Source: Botryllus schlosseri (taxonomy: Eukaryota). Taken from it: a stretch of 64,000 nt of DNA. Both the position numbers and the translations under genes were made by a program. Below the pieces are notes generated by a model. It had not been told where the DNA came from, did no database searches, and saw only the letters and a program-made list of their open reading frames with translations. The stretch lies in assembly GCA_051294905.1 (NCBI GenBank), contig CM119372.1, positions 20,958,001 to 21,022,000 of the forward strand. The letters run 5' to 3'. Numbering within the stretch: the first letter of the stretch is position 1; the number at the start of each line of letters is the position of its first letter. Of this stretch, positions 36,878 through 49,707 are shown in pieces.

Positions 36878-39800
36878 TCTGATACCAAAATGTGTTTCCA
36901 CTATCTGTGACACTTTCTGGGACTAGAAAGGGATAATGGCTCTCGAAATTCTTTAGCATTGAAATATCAATCAAGTGGGAGTGTTGTAATGTGAATGATT
37001 GATGATTAATTGATTGTGCTAGACAGCAACCTTTAGTGTTGCCCCTTTTCGTTACTGTGCACGTGCTATCATGTAGTCTGGCTTATTCCTTGTATTCTGC
37101 TGCTGTGTGAGGAACTCGCGTTCCTGCCTTGACAATAAACCAGCTCACACTTGGTAGTTGTGGCGTGTCTGCTGTTAGAATTCAACACATATTAATGCTA
37201 TGAATAATTTGGGGCACTCCGACAAAACGTAGCAATTTCATGGGGGTTCTGCGTATCCAATACATGCATAAATTAAAACGAAACAACTTCTGAAGCATAA
37301 CGCACGTAAATGATCGCATTCATAAAAAAGTGAGCTTAAAATCTGGGCGTGTATCATGACTTGAAAATATGTCAAAAATAATGTATTCAACACGTGTCCG
37401 TCCAAAGGAATTGCTTCCACAATATACAAAAGTCGTTTCCCGCTGATCCCTGACGAGAAGACAAAAGTTTACCGTAAATTGTTATCTACTTATAGGCGGC
37501 GTCTTCCACTAACTGACTGCATAAAATAGACAAAAGAAACAGCAAGATGGGAAACTACAACACCGAATGTATAAAAAAACATGTCCTTTTGAACTAATTA
37601 CTATAATATGCGTGTTCATGCCAAAACACATAAACTATTTCAGTTATAGGCTACCACCCTAACTCCGGGGACGTATCACTAAGAGGGGCGGGCAACTTCT
37701 TCAGTCGGCGGGCCGGATATAGGAATATTAGGTACTTGGCGGGCCGGATTGCTGAATCGATACATTATTCGCCCATTTATCCACATATAAGGTGTAAATC
37801 GTGTTTAGTGAATGTATTTTAACGACAGCAATGTCACTTCAAATCTATTTCTCGTCGATAATGGCGAAGACAATGTGGATTTGAGAATAACATTGTCATA
37901 CAGACGCCGCCATGCCTGCTTCTCTCTGATCAATCAACACACGGTGCAATCTCTAATTAAGATTTTAAGGCGTTCCATAAGCCCGGTAATCCTAATTTAC
38001 AAAGATATGAATTCATTAGGGTTGACTAGGTGACGAGATAGCGTCGTTGTTCAACTGTGTGGCCTAATTAATCTCGATATTGAATTCATGCGGCCCGCGT
38101 CCTCTACGAAATTTGAAAAGTGACCTGCGACGCGTTTTGAGTTGGTGACCCCTGGCACAAACGGTGCTTTACAAAAGCCTAGAAGTTTGCCGTGCTACAA
38201 GTCTGCTATGTTACGGACTCAAAAATAAGAAATATCAGCCTGGTGTAAATGACTGACCATTGTAGTCAACAAAAGCATGATTTTACCACAGACGACATGA
38301 GGGTTGACTGCATCGTAAATGCCGATAATGCAATTCTTCTCGTTTCGACGAACTTACGCGTAAGCTCCCTCTCGCAACGCTGCGCCGCGCATGCGCATAA
38401 ACGTATATAATAACATACAGTCACTAAAATTTGACGTAGTAAGCAAGTAGTGGGGAATCTCAACAGACTGGGGCCGCGGGCCACATTATCATGTGAGACG
38501 GAAAACTGTCCGGGGGCCGGACAAAATCCATTCGCGGGCCGGATCCGGCCCGCGGGCCGTATGTTGCCCGCCCTTGACTAAGACTATACATTAAATCTAT
38601 GGTATGGACTGGGTAATTTCCATGGTGTCTATCAAGTTTCCCATTTGACTGAAACTTGTCTCTAAACATTGTGATGTCTATCTGAGTAAGTCCCGATTTA
38701 CATCAAATGAATTACATCAGTATATTTCAAGTTATCGCATGATTAATAGCAAGCTTTTCCTGCTCATTCAACCGTGAAATTGAAGAACTTTTTCAAGCAG
38801 GTTTGAAATTACCTCACTAAATGAGCTATTTTGCCATAGCGTAGGCCATATACCCCAGAACAGAAATGTTAAACTGACGGCTAGCGGGTAGCATCCGGCC
38901 CGTCAGATGATTTCATCCGGCTCGCGAAGCGATTCTGAGGGACGGGAAAAATATTTGTGTTATTCAGCAGATTTCTAACTAAAGCTGAGAATTTTAGTAA
39001 GAAACGCTTTCACGTAAATCCTTATTTAAGCCAGATAATACCTAATATGTCCATGTCCAATTGTTCATAAACCGCGATATAACCATCCGAAGGCAGTGTT
39101 AAGTAAACTCTGGCCAGCATGAGGAACAAGTCGGTGACATTGACACGAAATCCCGAAAGAGCAAATATAAGTACGCCCACACACTCAATTCAGAGTTTCC
39201 CGGATATGGCTAAAAGAATATATATTCCTATAGCTGAAAACTGCAATTCAAACCATTGTCTGTGACGTAGGCCTAAACAGAGAATATGATAGAGTTACAC
39301 AAAGTATGCGATTTGAATATCTGTGATGTCACTGTTGTAGACTTCTGACTCGGAAGGTATGGAAAAACCAGAATGGTCAATTAATACTAATGAACCAAAG
39401 GGAGCATAGAAATACGAAAACGTTTATCGTCGTTAAAGTCACCGAATTAGCCCTTTATATGACTGTGTTCAATCGGCCTATCATCACATATTTGCCAACT
39501 TCGTTGTTTGAAAATAAAGATATCACTGGAATTGGACACCCGCGATAGGTAATATTATATTACTATATAATGCACAGGTCTAATGTGTATAAGCTTACTA
39601 ATTAACCATGCCTACACTATATGGCAGGGTACTCACACTCAAATGTGACCGCGGGCCTATTTCGTAGGCTTTGATGACGCCACGGGCCGCAGCATCAATA
39701 ATAGGGGTTTTCAATCTCTTTACTAGTTGACCTTATTTGATGGGTACTTGCAGACTGACATTCTAGACCAGTGGTTCCCAAACGGTGGGGAATTCCCCAC

Positions 39801-40712
39801 TGGTGGGAATTTCGGGATTTCTGGTGGGGAATAGACTCACTTTTGAAAAAATCTTTACAGTAATATTCTCCTTTATTAAATGTCGTGTGGAAATGCCGAC
39901 CTAATATTTCATAGTTCCTTTGCAATCCAGCGATTCATATTATCAGTGCCTACAATTAGCGAGAATCGTCTGGATAGCGACACGCGATCTCCAGAAATGT
40001 TTTTATACATTTGTACACCATCATCGGTCACGAAACCTAGTGATAGAAAAATTCTGATTCGTTGTAATAAGAGCTCATATTGCTGAACATGTATTCAAGG
40101 GATATCGTGGACTCGCTAATTGATAGCACTTTTAGTCTGTGAGAAAGTGTAGTTTACGGCGGCTTATATATATATATATCGCACGCATGAGTTCGTCAAC
40201 ATCAGGAAGTTTATCTTACCCATGTATTATTCGGCATTTACGTATGCAAATTGATGCTACCCCGCAACATTTGGGAAATTTTCAAACCCCTCTTTTTCTG
40301 TTGCCTGCGCGCCGGGGTAGATACCTAGATTTACGGAGGTCCGTTTACGGCTACCAGTTCACCGCTGCGTTAATTTTATTGTGTACTGATCAATTCAGGG
40401 GATCTTAACAATCCCCAATAGCACATACTATTTACTAAGCAAAGTCTTGGAAAATTTTATTGGAGGTAGCACTTTAAAGGGTGGATATGGATATAGAGAT
40501 TTTAGGTGGGGAATGAAGGCTCGAATGGACTTCCCATCAGTATCGCCGAATTTCATGTAGAAACACAGGAGCCAATGGTTTTCGAAATCGTGAACCCTAA
40601 TGACATGGGTTGAGAATATATTAAGAGATTGGAGATTTGCTGTATCTCAATATCGCTATCGGGAGCCACTCTGGTAATGTAATGATAAAGTTAATTGAAC
40701 AGCAGTACTTAC

Positions 40713-40838
40713 TAGAACACCACCTTCCATTTCGTATGAATCCCTTCCGGCATTTGCATGTAACGGTAATGTTACCAGTATCCGTCCTGCTAATGGGACA
40801 TATAGCTCCGTTGAAGTCACACTTTCTCCTGCAGTCTT
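40713..40838 (-). CDS. Exon: EGF-like domain 2 (DCRRKCDFNGAICPISRTDTGNITVTCKCRKGFIRNGRWCS)
   Basis: Six Cys with CxCxxGF..G..C. Acceptor TTTTTCAG, donor GTAAGT. 126 bp, phase 1-1. Confidence 0.88.
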
Positions 40839-42740
40839 CTGAAAAAGTAATTCTCACTTAAGTTCTGCCGCCAAAGGCAGTAAAGCAGGGATGTAAGGCC
40901 TACAACTCGTGTCCCTGTCAGGTTATTTCAAGTGGTCCGCAAGAGCCTCGATAGTTTGCAGATAGACACCGAGGCCGTGATGTGATTGAAAACTGAATTT
41001 CATTCCCTTTTAAGCACAGGGAAGTCAACCTGGACATATCCAGCTTGAAATTTCAAAATTCAGAACATTAGCACATGAATATATGGGATGAACAGATGTG
41101 GCCGGTTGCTAACGTAGTAGTGTTCATCTACTTGCTACTCCGTCGTTCAGTCACAAATAAATTGACCACAATCGAAGTGATTAGAGCTGCGTTGTCGTAG
41201 ACTAGTAGTAGACTATCTATAGAAGTTACTTTCCGCTCAGAGCCTCCGTCATAATTTATATCGGACGGATACATTAGTTCAATGTTTCTCAACGTTTTTG
41301 TCCTCGCGGACCCCTTTTGCACCGTCACGGACCCCTCGGACACCCTCAAGTTTTAGTTCAAATTTTGCTCAATGATCGTGCATACATCATCTGTCAACTT
41401 TCGTGTCATATGCAGAATAAGTCGTCTTCACGGGTATTTTGTGGCCGTTTTAATCAAATATCTCACAGGACGTTCTACGATTTTCACCCCAATCGCCCCC
41501 CAGTCGCCCCCTTTGGCATTTTGCACTCTTGTTTTTTAAAATCGCCAACTGGAGGGCGATATCGTTCATGTTGGGAACCACTGTTCTAGTTGATGATTCT
41601 GAAAATTGAGAATTTGTAGTTTTATAGCTCTAATTGCAGATTTTGAAAATTGATTAATTCTAGTTCTAGTTCTGATTGCGGATTTTGAAAATTGGGTAGT
41701 TCTAGTTGTAGTTCTAGTTGCGGATTTTGAAAATCAGGTAGTTCTAGTTCTATATATAGTTGCGAGTTTTAAAACTTGAGTATTGCTAGTTCTAGTTGTA
41801 GTTGCCCTTTTTGAAAATCCAGTAGTTTGTACAAGTCTGGTTCCAGGACCATGCGCAGAATGAAATTTAAATTTACGTATTCAGTACAACAGCAGCTTTC
41901 TAGTGATACCCGTTTTATCGAATTTATTGCTCGGCACTATGGTTTAATGTATGCTATCAAATATTTGGCATAGTTACCGACGTGACCCAGTATATACGTA
42001 TATGTGAGCCAGTAGTAAATAATTCTGTACTTCAATCATGTTTCAAGATGCAGGCTTGAACCATGCCTTGAACTTCGAAAATTTGGCATGACAGTGTGAC
42101 TCGACTTGATCGACTTGACTTGACTATAGAGTTAACTCAAGTCATCTCTAAAAATTGAGTGACTTGACTTGACTTGAGTCACTTTTAAAATTCGAAGGAG
42201 TTGACTTGACTCGGGTTAAAATGAGCAATGACTTGAATCGACTTATGACTGGAATGTAGTGACTTGATCCCAACTCTTGATCAGAGTCGAATCTACATGT
42301 CTAGTATATTCTGTCTATCAGAATAGTAATCGTTGCGGTGTTGCCTACTGTGTATGTACTTGTACACTGTGTACGGGCGGGACTATGTTATGGTGATATC
42401 ACTACTTTTTGAGTGACCGCAAATGTTTACTCGAATTAAGAACACAACTTTCAAAATATTTTAGGTCAACTCACACTCTCACAGGTAAAGCCACGCAAAT
42501 GTTTAATTATAGAAGTGAAATTTTCCAATCTGGAGGTACTAAATATTTTCCAACACTGATATAATCATCAGTTACTGGAATCAATGCATTCCCAAGTCGT
42601 CTTTCGCGACGATTTTTACCATGAATACTGGTGAATACTGGTGTCTGGTGTCTGCACTGGACTATTTACCACAGAAGTCTTTACCTCAGATGTCAGAGTC
42701 AATTGTAAGGTTAGGGTGAAAACAATGAAAGAATACATAC

Positions 42741-42866
42741 TGCGACACTCAAATCCGTCTCCATAGTACGCTTCGTTCTCGTTGCAAATACAGTCATAGC
42801 CCTTCACAGAATCTTCATTCACCGCGCACTTGGCTTTACTGTGACAGTCGTTATTGGCACACGGAT
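42741..42866 (-). CDS. Exon: EGF-like domain 1 (DPCANNDCHSKAKCAVNEDSVKGYDCICNENEAYYGDGFECR)
   Basis: Six Cys in EGF spacing with a YxGDGxxC end. AG and GTATGT splice sites. 126 bp, phase 1-1. Confidence 0.9.
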
Positions 42867-42960
42867 CTAGTTTTGTGAAGTATAATCGCATGCTAGTAAA
42901 TCGACAATACCATAAGCGTCAACATTGTTATTCTGGGAAACAAAAATAATATTAATAAAC

Positions 42961-43938
42961 CAGTGTTGGGATGACTCGAGTCATGACTTGACTCGAGTCA
43001 GACTCGAGTCACCTTTTTCGTATGACTTGACTTGACTCGAGTCACTTTGCTAAAATGACTTGACTTGACTTGACTCGGAGTATCAGAAATGCGATTTGAC
43101 TCGTGACTCGGAGCAAAATTCACGAGTCAATTTCAAGTCATCAAGTAATCGGTGTCGATAAAAATCACTGTATCGTGCATATGTTCGGATTGTTCACGAA
43201 ACGCTGGTGTAACCCTTGAAAGCGACCAATCATTCAATGATCGAGCGTTTCACTGAACCTCGATTGTTCTCTCATAAATAAATTGATCGCAAACGAAGTG
43301 ATCGAAGCTTACAGTTACGTTGTCGTAAACTCTAGTAGTAAAGTAATAAAATAGAAAAATGTCTATGTCTATTCTCTGTTGTTACCTTTACCGAACCTCT
43401 TGTTTTATTGAAATTGAATTCGAATATAGTGTATATTATCCTCAACCATTAGCGCAAGCTCGAATTTTATCATATCTATGTGTAAATGAGTAATGTATTG
43501 CATCTTATCAATTCGTTTCGCTATTCTCTATTGTGGCTGGTAACTATATAAACTAAGGCTATGCAATTACTTACGTAGCTTAACAGTTCTACGTGTATGT
43601 GAGCGATACAGTGTCTTCTTGTCGGTATATTTCACTCAATATTCGTTCATTGGTTCGTAATCAATGATCACTCAATCTGTATTTCAGACAGCTAGCAAAT
43701 TGCAATGACGTATAATCATGCCTCATACTTCGAAAAGGCAACTTGACTTGAAATGTGACTTGACTCGTGACTTGACTTGACTTGACTCGACTTGACTCGA
43801 GTCACCTCCAAAAATCGATTGACTTGACTTGACTCGAGTCACCTTTAAAAATCGATTGACTTGACTTGACTCGAGTCAAAATGTGCAATGACTCGGAATG
43901 ACTCGTGACTCGAAGGTAGTGACTTGATCCCAACACTG
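42961..43938. mobile_element. hAT-type MITE with GACTT/GACTC arrays
   Basis: TIR CAGTGTTGGGAT. Exact TSD TAATAAAC. A degraded relative lies at about 42090-42280. Confidence 0.92.
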
Positions 43939-44109
43939 TAATAAACACGCACTACATCGGGTCAGACAAAATACAAGGCAACGCGTTAACAGTATATCTG
44001 CGGATACAAACTCATGAAATCGAAGTCGGATTTCACGCATCATTCGGTGATATTGAGCAGTCACGAGTGAGCAGCGTGGGGGTTTCTGTACAGCATGAGC
44101 GTGGCCTTT

Positions 44110-44370
44110 CATGGTTTGTTTGTTTGTTTTGGGGTATTCATGGTGTTTGTCGACTATATGGTCATTTACACCAGGCCAATTTTCTTCCTTTTTATTCCGT
44201 AGCTGCCCACTTGTAGCATGACCTACTTCCGGGTTTTTATAAAACACAGCTTACTCAGATGAGATGGCGAGGAGGAGCCGAGATAAGCCTTCAACACGTA
44301 GGTAGGAATTTTGAACTCGAACCATTGGTATTGCAGCTGTGGATTATACCAATACGTTATCCCGCCAATG
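44110..44370 (-). mobile_element. tRNA-derived SINE (same family as 26020)
   Basis: B box GGTTCGAGTT on the minus strand, shared body, and (CAAA)n tail. Confidence 0.78.
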
Positions 44371-44410
44371 GCATTTCATGCTGCTTGGCAACTAGGCAAA
44401 CGTTCCAGGG

Positions 44411-45593
44411 CAGGGGTCGCCAACTCAAAATAGGTCGCGGGCCACTTTTCCAAATTCCTGGAGGCCGCGGGCCGCATGACATCAATATCGATATAAAAGT
44501 AGGCAACGCAGTTCAACAACCACGTCTGATAACTCTACGTTATTACAACGTTGTGCTTCCTAACATAGGCGACGGTTATAGTCACCACAAAAGAACTAAT
44601 ATTTTATTGAACAAACACAAATACAACAAAAAGTATCATGATGATCAATGTCATTATATTTTGGACTATGAGCTGTACACGATACCTGACAATGACAACA
44701 CTCTTTAGCCGCTAAAACAGGGGTGGCCAACATTTTTGTAATTCACGGCCGCATTTCGCGTACTCATGTAGCCTGCGGCCGCATACCGGTGGTTAGTCGT
44801 GATAAACTAGCTGGGGCAAAATACCCACGTTATCATGTCCATGTCCATTGCCGGTACACTCCGAACTAATCTATATGGACATATCGGCTTACTATGCGCA
44901 CCAAATCGTTAGTAGTTATGTTGTAAAGAGCCACAGAGAACCAATCTGTAGTCGCGCGAGGCGCGAAAAATTTTTCATGTTCATGAGTGAATTTCGTCAA
45001 TAAATATTAGTATAGTTTCACATATTACTATAAAATATTTATCCTTTCTCGGCCAATGTGATCAGATTCCCAGATACAGCTGATGCAGGGGGTATCTGTG
45101 AAAACTTAGGGTACAAGTGTCGACAGCCGCATAATTTTCCTTTTACTGCTGCAGATTGGCCACCCATGGATTGAAGAATCAATATTGGGGTTAGCTATAC
45201 ACGGTAGGCCTACTTGCTAGACAACTATCTCCTCGTAAAGCATGGTCTTTTGGAGCGCCCGAAGTCGTTTTGCAGGCGTCTCGGTCTTGGCAGTGGTGGG
45301 CCATTGCACGTCAATGCAATATGCCCATTCGTACCAGCAAATTCTTCATCCATGGAATGATATTACCATGCCGAAGCCGTATCAACTAGTGAGTAATAGT
45401 GATAGTGGGCACATAGAATGGCTCACTTTGAAAAACAACAACATTATGTTTCAACTGAAATCAAAAAAAGTTTTAGCGTTTCAACATGATTTACTGAGCG
45501 TTTTTCTGAATTTTTTTCAAATCAGGTCGCGGGCCGCAAAATAGGACCTCGCGGGCCGCATGCGGCCCGCGGGCCGCGTGTTGGAGACCCCTG
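44411..45593. mobile_element. hAT Charlie-like MITE with a nested related element (about 44718-45168)
   Basis: TIR CAGGGGTC(G/T)CCAAC. Exact TSD TTCCAGGG. Confidence 0.9.
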
Positions 45594-45874
45594 TTCCAGG
45601 GCATCATCCCTACTGCAAAATGCATACCAGTTCGCCTTATTGATTTTGCCCAGCCCTAGTTCTGATTGCTATTGCGCATGCGCGTTCAGAAGACCATCAG
45701 TTGCGATCATCCACTCCAGACCGTTCCGTGAGTCAGGAAAAAGTGCTACAAATATTTTGCCGTGTGTTGAGAATGTGTTAAATTCCAATATTTTGTAAAA
45801 TCATTATCGATGACTCGATTGTGACCAATTGCGGGCTACATCGCGATGATCTGATTTTCTTAAACTATTTTTAC

Positions 45875-45967
45875 CTGGGGAGGTTTCGGTGGTGATTTCT
45901 GTTTCTGGTTCCGTCGATACTGACTCTGTGTCTGTTTCCGTCATCAGACTCTGTTGATCGCGATTTT
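45875..45967 (-). CDS. Exon: Thr/Glu-rich linker (NRDQQSLMTETDTESVSTEPETEITTETSP)
   Basis: Acceptor CATTCAG, donor CAG|GTAAAA. 93 bp, phase 1-1, open frame. Confidence 0.7.
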
Positions 45968-46150
45968 CTGAATGTTCAAGGCCAGGTTACGGAGTAATAA
46001 AAATGCTCGCACTGGCGTAGGTGTAGATGACATACACAATACTTTTATGTCAACGCCTTGAGAACGTGATCCACAATCAAAAAGACAAATTTTGCAGACA
46101 GCATAGTCAGCTGTTATTGATACAATGACGAAAGAGGATCGTGGTTCGAC

Positions 46151-47403
46151 CAGAGGTGGTCATGGTCAGTAACGAAGTTTAATTCCGCTACTTGCGGTAC
46201 TTACTCAAGTAATCAGCATTTCCCGCTGCTTCTATTTCGCAATATTTTGTTATCTCCTTACTTACTTTTCGCTGTTTTCAGTTTGTCAAGTAGAAGTACT
46301 CTGACTCTCCAATCAGAAAGATAGCCCGAGGAATTTCAGGGCTGTTTTCATGGAATACCAACATTCAATTTTTATGAAAGTGAAGTAAAGCCCGGAATTT
46401 ATGTCTCATAGATATGGAGTGACAAATACGTTTTCACGAAAGTATCGGTGAATGTAATATGGGTAGTGGGTTGTGTCGTTTCATTCACACCGCATTGTCG
46501 TCCATATGAAATATTTCATCACAGTAAATATAGCCCATCATCACGTTTGAAACTACCGTTTCGCAATCTAGCATTTATCTATCGTATCGTAATCAAGCAG
46601 CCCATGGCGTGTCCTAATCCGGAAATTAGGTCTCCAACGTTTTTGAGCGTTAAACCTGTTTCAGAATTCCACCGTTGAATCTTTCTGGACAAAAGTCACG
46701 AAATCTATGCCCGCTTTTAGAATTAGCATTTGTATTTCCCTTTCAATTCACAGTATCATACATATACTTAGATTTCTAATTAGTTTCAGTTATTTTGTCT
46801 CGAGAACATATCTCTTGAAAGATAAAAGCAAGTACATGTAGTAATGCCTCTATTTTCCGAAAATAAAGCTACAGTATGTGGCATTTTTACAATCCGCCAT
46901 ACTTTTCATTACCGTTTAATAATCTTGTAAAGGGTTAACACCGATCCGATACAACTTCTCCGTATTGCTCCTCGACTAAACTACGGGCCTTATAATATGA
47001 GGTACGGTGCCATGCCATGATATTTTCTAAAGCGGAGTGTTCGTGTAAACAAAGGATTGGTATAGCATATCCATTTCAATACTATCATTTGCATGCCATG
47101 ATGCGGAAAAATTCGTATGCTGTCGAAAGTTGATACCACCTGGGATGCGTCAATGTGAATCAAGCTCTTTACGCCTTCCGCTCAGCTAAATTTGTAGTTT
47201 TTGACAGTCCGTGCGAACGAATTACGAGCATTTTCAAAAATACTTACTTACTTAAGTAGATTTAAAATCAGTCAATTCTATTTCTACTCCAAGTAGTTTT
47301 GAGCTGCTTGTAAGAGTATTACTTCTACTTGTACAGATGATTTTTTGCGTCGCTACTACGACTTATACTTGAGTAGCTTTCCTGACTACTTTGACCACCT
47401 CTG
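46151..47403. mobile_element. hAT-type non-autonomous element
   Basis: TIR CAGAGGTGGTCA. TSD GGTTCGAC/GGTTCAAC (7/8). TACTT subterminal repeats. Confidence 0.85.
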
Positions 47404-47587
47404 GGTTCAACTACAGGCTTACCTTGTGCATCGGAATTGGTAGGCCTACACCTACATAATTAAAAGGGATTGAATTTCAATCGAGAAAATGTTATGACGC
47501 GTAACTACAGAATCAAGTCATATTCTATCTTGGTTGATGGCGGAAACGGCCTAAGTGTTGCGCTTTGCATCTACATGATATTCATAC

Positions 47588-47740
47588 CTGTTTGTTGAGA
47601 AACTGCGTTGCAAAGATTGTAATCACAGCAACTAGCAACGCACGAGTCCACAGTCGTATTATAAATTTGATCAATCATGATATTGCATAAATCACTGCGG
47701 CACGATTCTGCAGGTACACACCTCCCCAAAGTCACATCAA
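47588..47740 (-). CDS. Exon: C-terminal half of Ly6/uPAR domain (DVTLGRCVPAESCRSDLCNIMIDQIYNTTVDSCVASCCDYNLCNAVSQQT)
   Basis: Acceptor TTTTTGCAG, donor CAG|GTATGA. 153 bp, phase 1-1. Diagnostic CCxxxxCN motif. 64-bp intron to the previous exon. Confidence 0.85.
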
Positions 47741-47804
47741 CTGCAAAAATGATACGTATATATATACCATACTCGCATGTAATACACACTAAATTTGTAA
47801 TTAC

Positions 47805-47960
47805 CTTTGAAAAAACCCAAGATTGGCAATCCTTTTGCTTCTAACGATATACACTTGGAGTTTGAAGGACAAACCGCAACATAAGACTCATTGGATATCA
47901 CCAGAATTCCATATAAAGTAGCTTTAGACGTGTTGTAACACTGCAGCGGATTAACTGGTG
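47805..47960 (-). CDS. Exon: N-terminal half of Ly6/uPAR (three-finger) domain (PVNPLQCYNTSKATLYGILVISNESYVAVCPSNSKCISLEAKGLPILGFFK)
   Basis: Acceptor TTTTTTGTAG, donor AAG|GTAATT. 156 bp, phase 1-1. LxCY start motif typical of LU domains. Confidence 0.8.
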
Positions 47961-48708
47961 CTACAAAAAATGCTGAGATTTTAGAAAAGTTGTTCTCAAC
48001 CTGTGATATGATTATAAATTATATTTCCGATGAGATTTAAATGATCTCTTTCAAAATCTCCGGAGAAGTAACTATCGCAACTCAAACCTGTCGGCCGGGG
48101 GAAGGAATGTAGAGCTGTGTTGTTATTTTCGTGTCACCCCAATGTAGGAATGCTCGCAATATACGAACACTACTCTGGCTGTATGTCGGGTGTAGAAACC
48201 CTTAGTAAAGACTACACGTGAACATCAGTTATATTGTAATGCTGCCTTGTTTTGTTAATATTTATGGTCCAATATCTTTGCTCGCAGATGTATGCAGACC
48301 CGAGCTGAACCAGTGTAGTGTCATGACCATCTTTCTCAGGTTGGAAAAATTAATTAATTGATCGTGTGACGCATAAAATGCGGCGATACTTTCAGATTAG
48401 AATTTCACTTGCAGGGGTGAAACTCTCTGCGGGCCGCTCAAAATTGGGTCCGCCGGCCGTATGTTGCTTGACCCTATATGGTATATAGCCTATACGGTAT
48501 ACGGCACCGTAGTTTCGTACCTTTATCAGACCATGTAATGCCCATTTTAGTTGACTGAGCACATTAACGCCGGTGTAGTAGCAGGACGGCAAAGAATTCT
48601 CAATGAACTACGTTCCCAATACAGCAAACAACAGCCTTGGCCTAATGAAGTTCTATAACGTAGTCCTACAACAGATGAATCTTCGCCAAATACGGTTAAA
48701 TATATATG

Positions 48709-49707
48709 TAGGGATGGTGTGAACGCGAGGTTCACGTTCGCGTTCTGCTGTGTGTGAACCTCCGAAATTTAGAGGTTCACGTTCACAAACGAACCTTGGT
48801 AGGGTCTGCACTGTGAACCTTTTTTTAAATATTACAATTTTCACTTCATTATAGCATCTTTGGTTGAAATTTATTGCATTTCAACTACGCGGGCCACTCT
48901 ATGCATGGCGTTGGCTGCATAAAAATATCAACATTACACGACCATACACCTTGGCAATCTCAAAAATCTTACTTGCTTTGTTACAAAAGTTTGCTCGAAA
49001 TATCCAGCTTTCCGTTTGTGAATATGTAGTGACTCTCTGCTGTGAGCTTGACCCGAAATCACTCAACATCAAGACCAAATACACTATAGTCAGCGAATGG
49101 TGCTTATTCAACCAATCAAGAAACTTGATACCGTTATCCGATATAAAAATAAATCCAGCAGGCGTACGGTGTCATTCTTCATATGTTCATTGTATCATAA
49201 AAACCAAATCCGTGCGACTGGGGTGTTGGCTACTGCTGTGTAACTTGTTATTGGGGTATATATCGGTGGCAAGTATAGAAACCCGTTTTACACTCTGCTC
49301 AATATCAACGTAGCAATACTCAGACGCCGAATACATTGCCCGGTCTGGCGTTGACCGTTAAGGCGTAAGCTTATATTCCCTTGCAAGGCCTCGTCGAAAT
49401 TGTTGGCAAAGCGACGGAAGATATTGGTTTTATGGGATTATTATATCATTTGATTGCCCTGGTTGATACAATTGGCGAAGTTTAAAACGTCAAAATGTAA
49501 TTCAACATTGTGGCATTATGTGGCCCGAGTCGTCGCTAGGTATCGTGTACATCAATATAGTCTATCACTTTACTGAAATGTAGGGTTAGAATTAGCAATA
49601 TGACGTCACGTGACGTCATGAGGTTCACGTTCGCGTTCACACAGAACCTTTCAAAAAGGTTCGCGTTCACACGAACCTGAACCTTTCAGAGGTTCACACC
49701 ATCCCTG
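48709..49707. mobile_element. MITE, TAGGGATGGTGTGAAC family
   Basis: TIR at both ends. Strong similarity to 18197-19018. Confidence 0.85.

Larger units (their letters stand above)
33118..37187 (+). mobile_element. Ty1/Copia LTR retrotransposon, non-autonomous, recent insertion
   Basis: 206-bp LTRs TGTTG...CAACA (33118-33323 and 36982-37187) read as identical. TSD CATAT. PBS GGTTATGGGACCAG. PPT AAGTGGGAG. Confidence 0.97.

Noticed and set aside
39769..41583. Apparent hAT element capturing the EGF2 exon (TIR-like ends, flanks TTCTAGAC/TTCTAGTT)
   Set aside because: The subterminal motifs at the two ends differ and another element start lies at about 41280. TCTAG is the usual Charlie-type target, so the partial TSD match is expected by chance.
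47423..47451. Micro-exon with a strong GTAAGC donor between the LU and linker exons
   Set aside because: Its length (29 or 23 bp) breaks the phase-1 frame.
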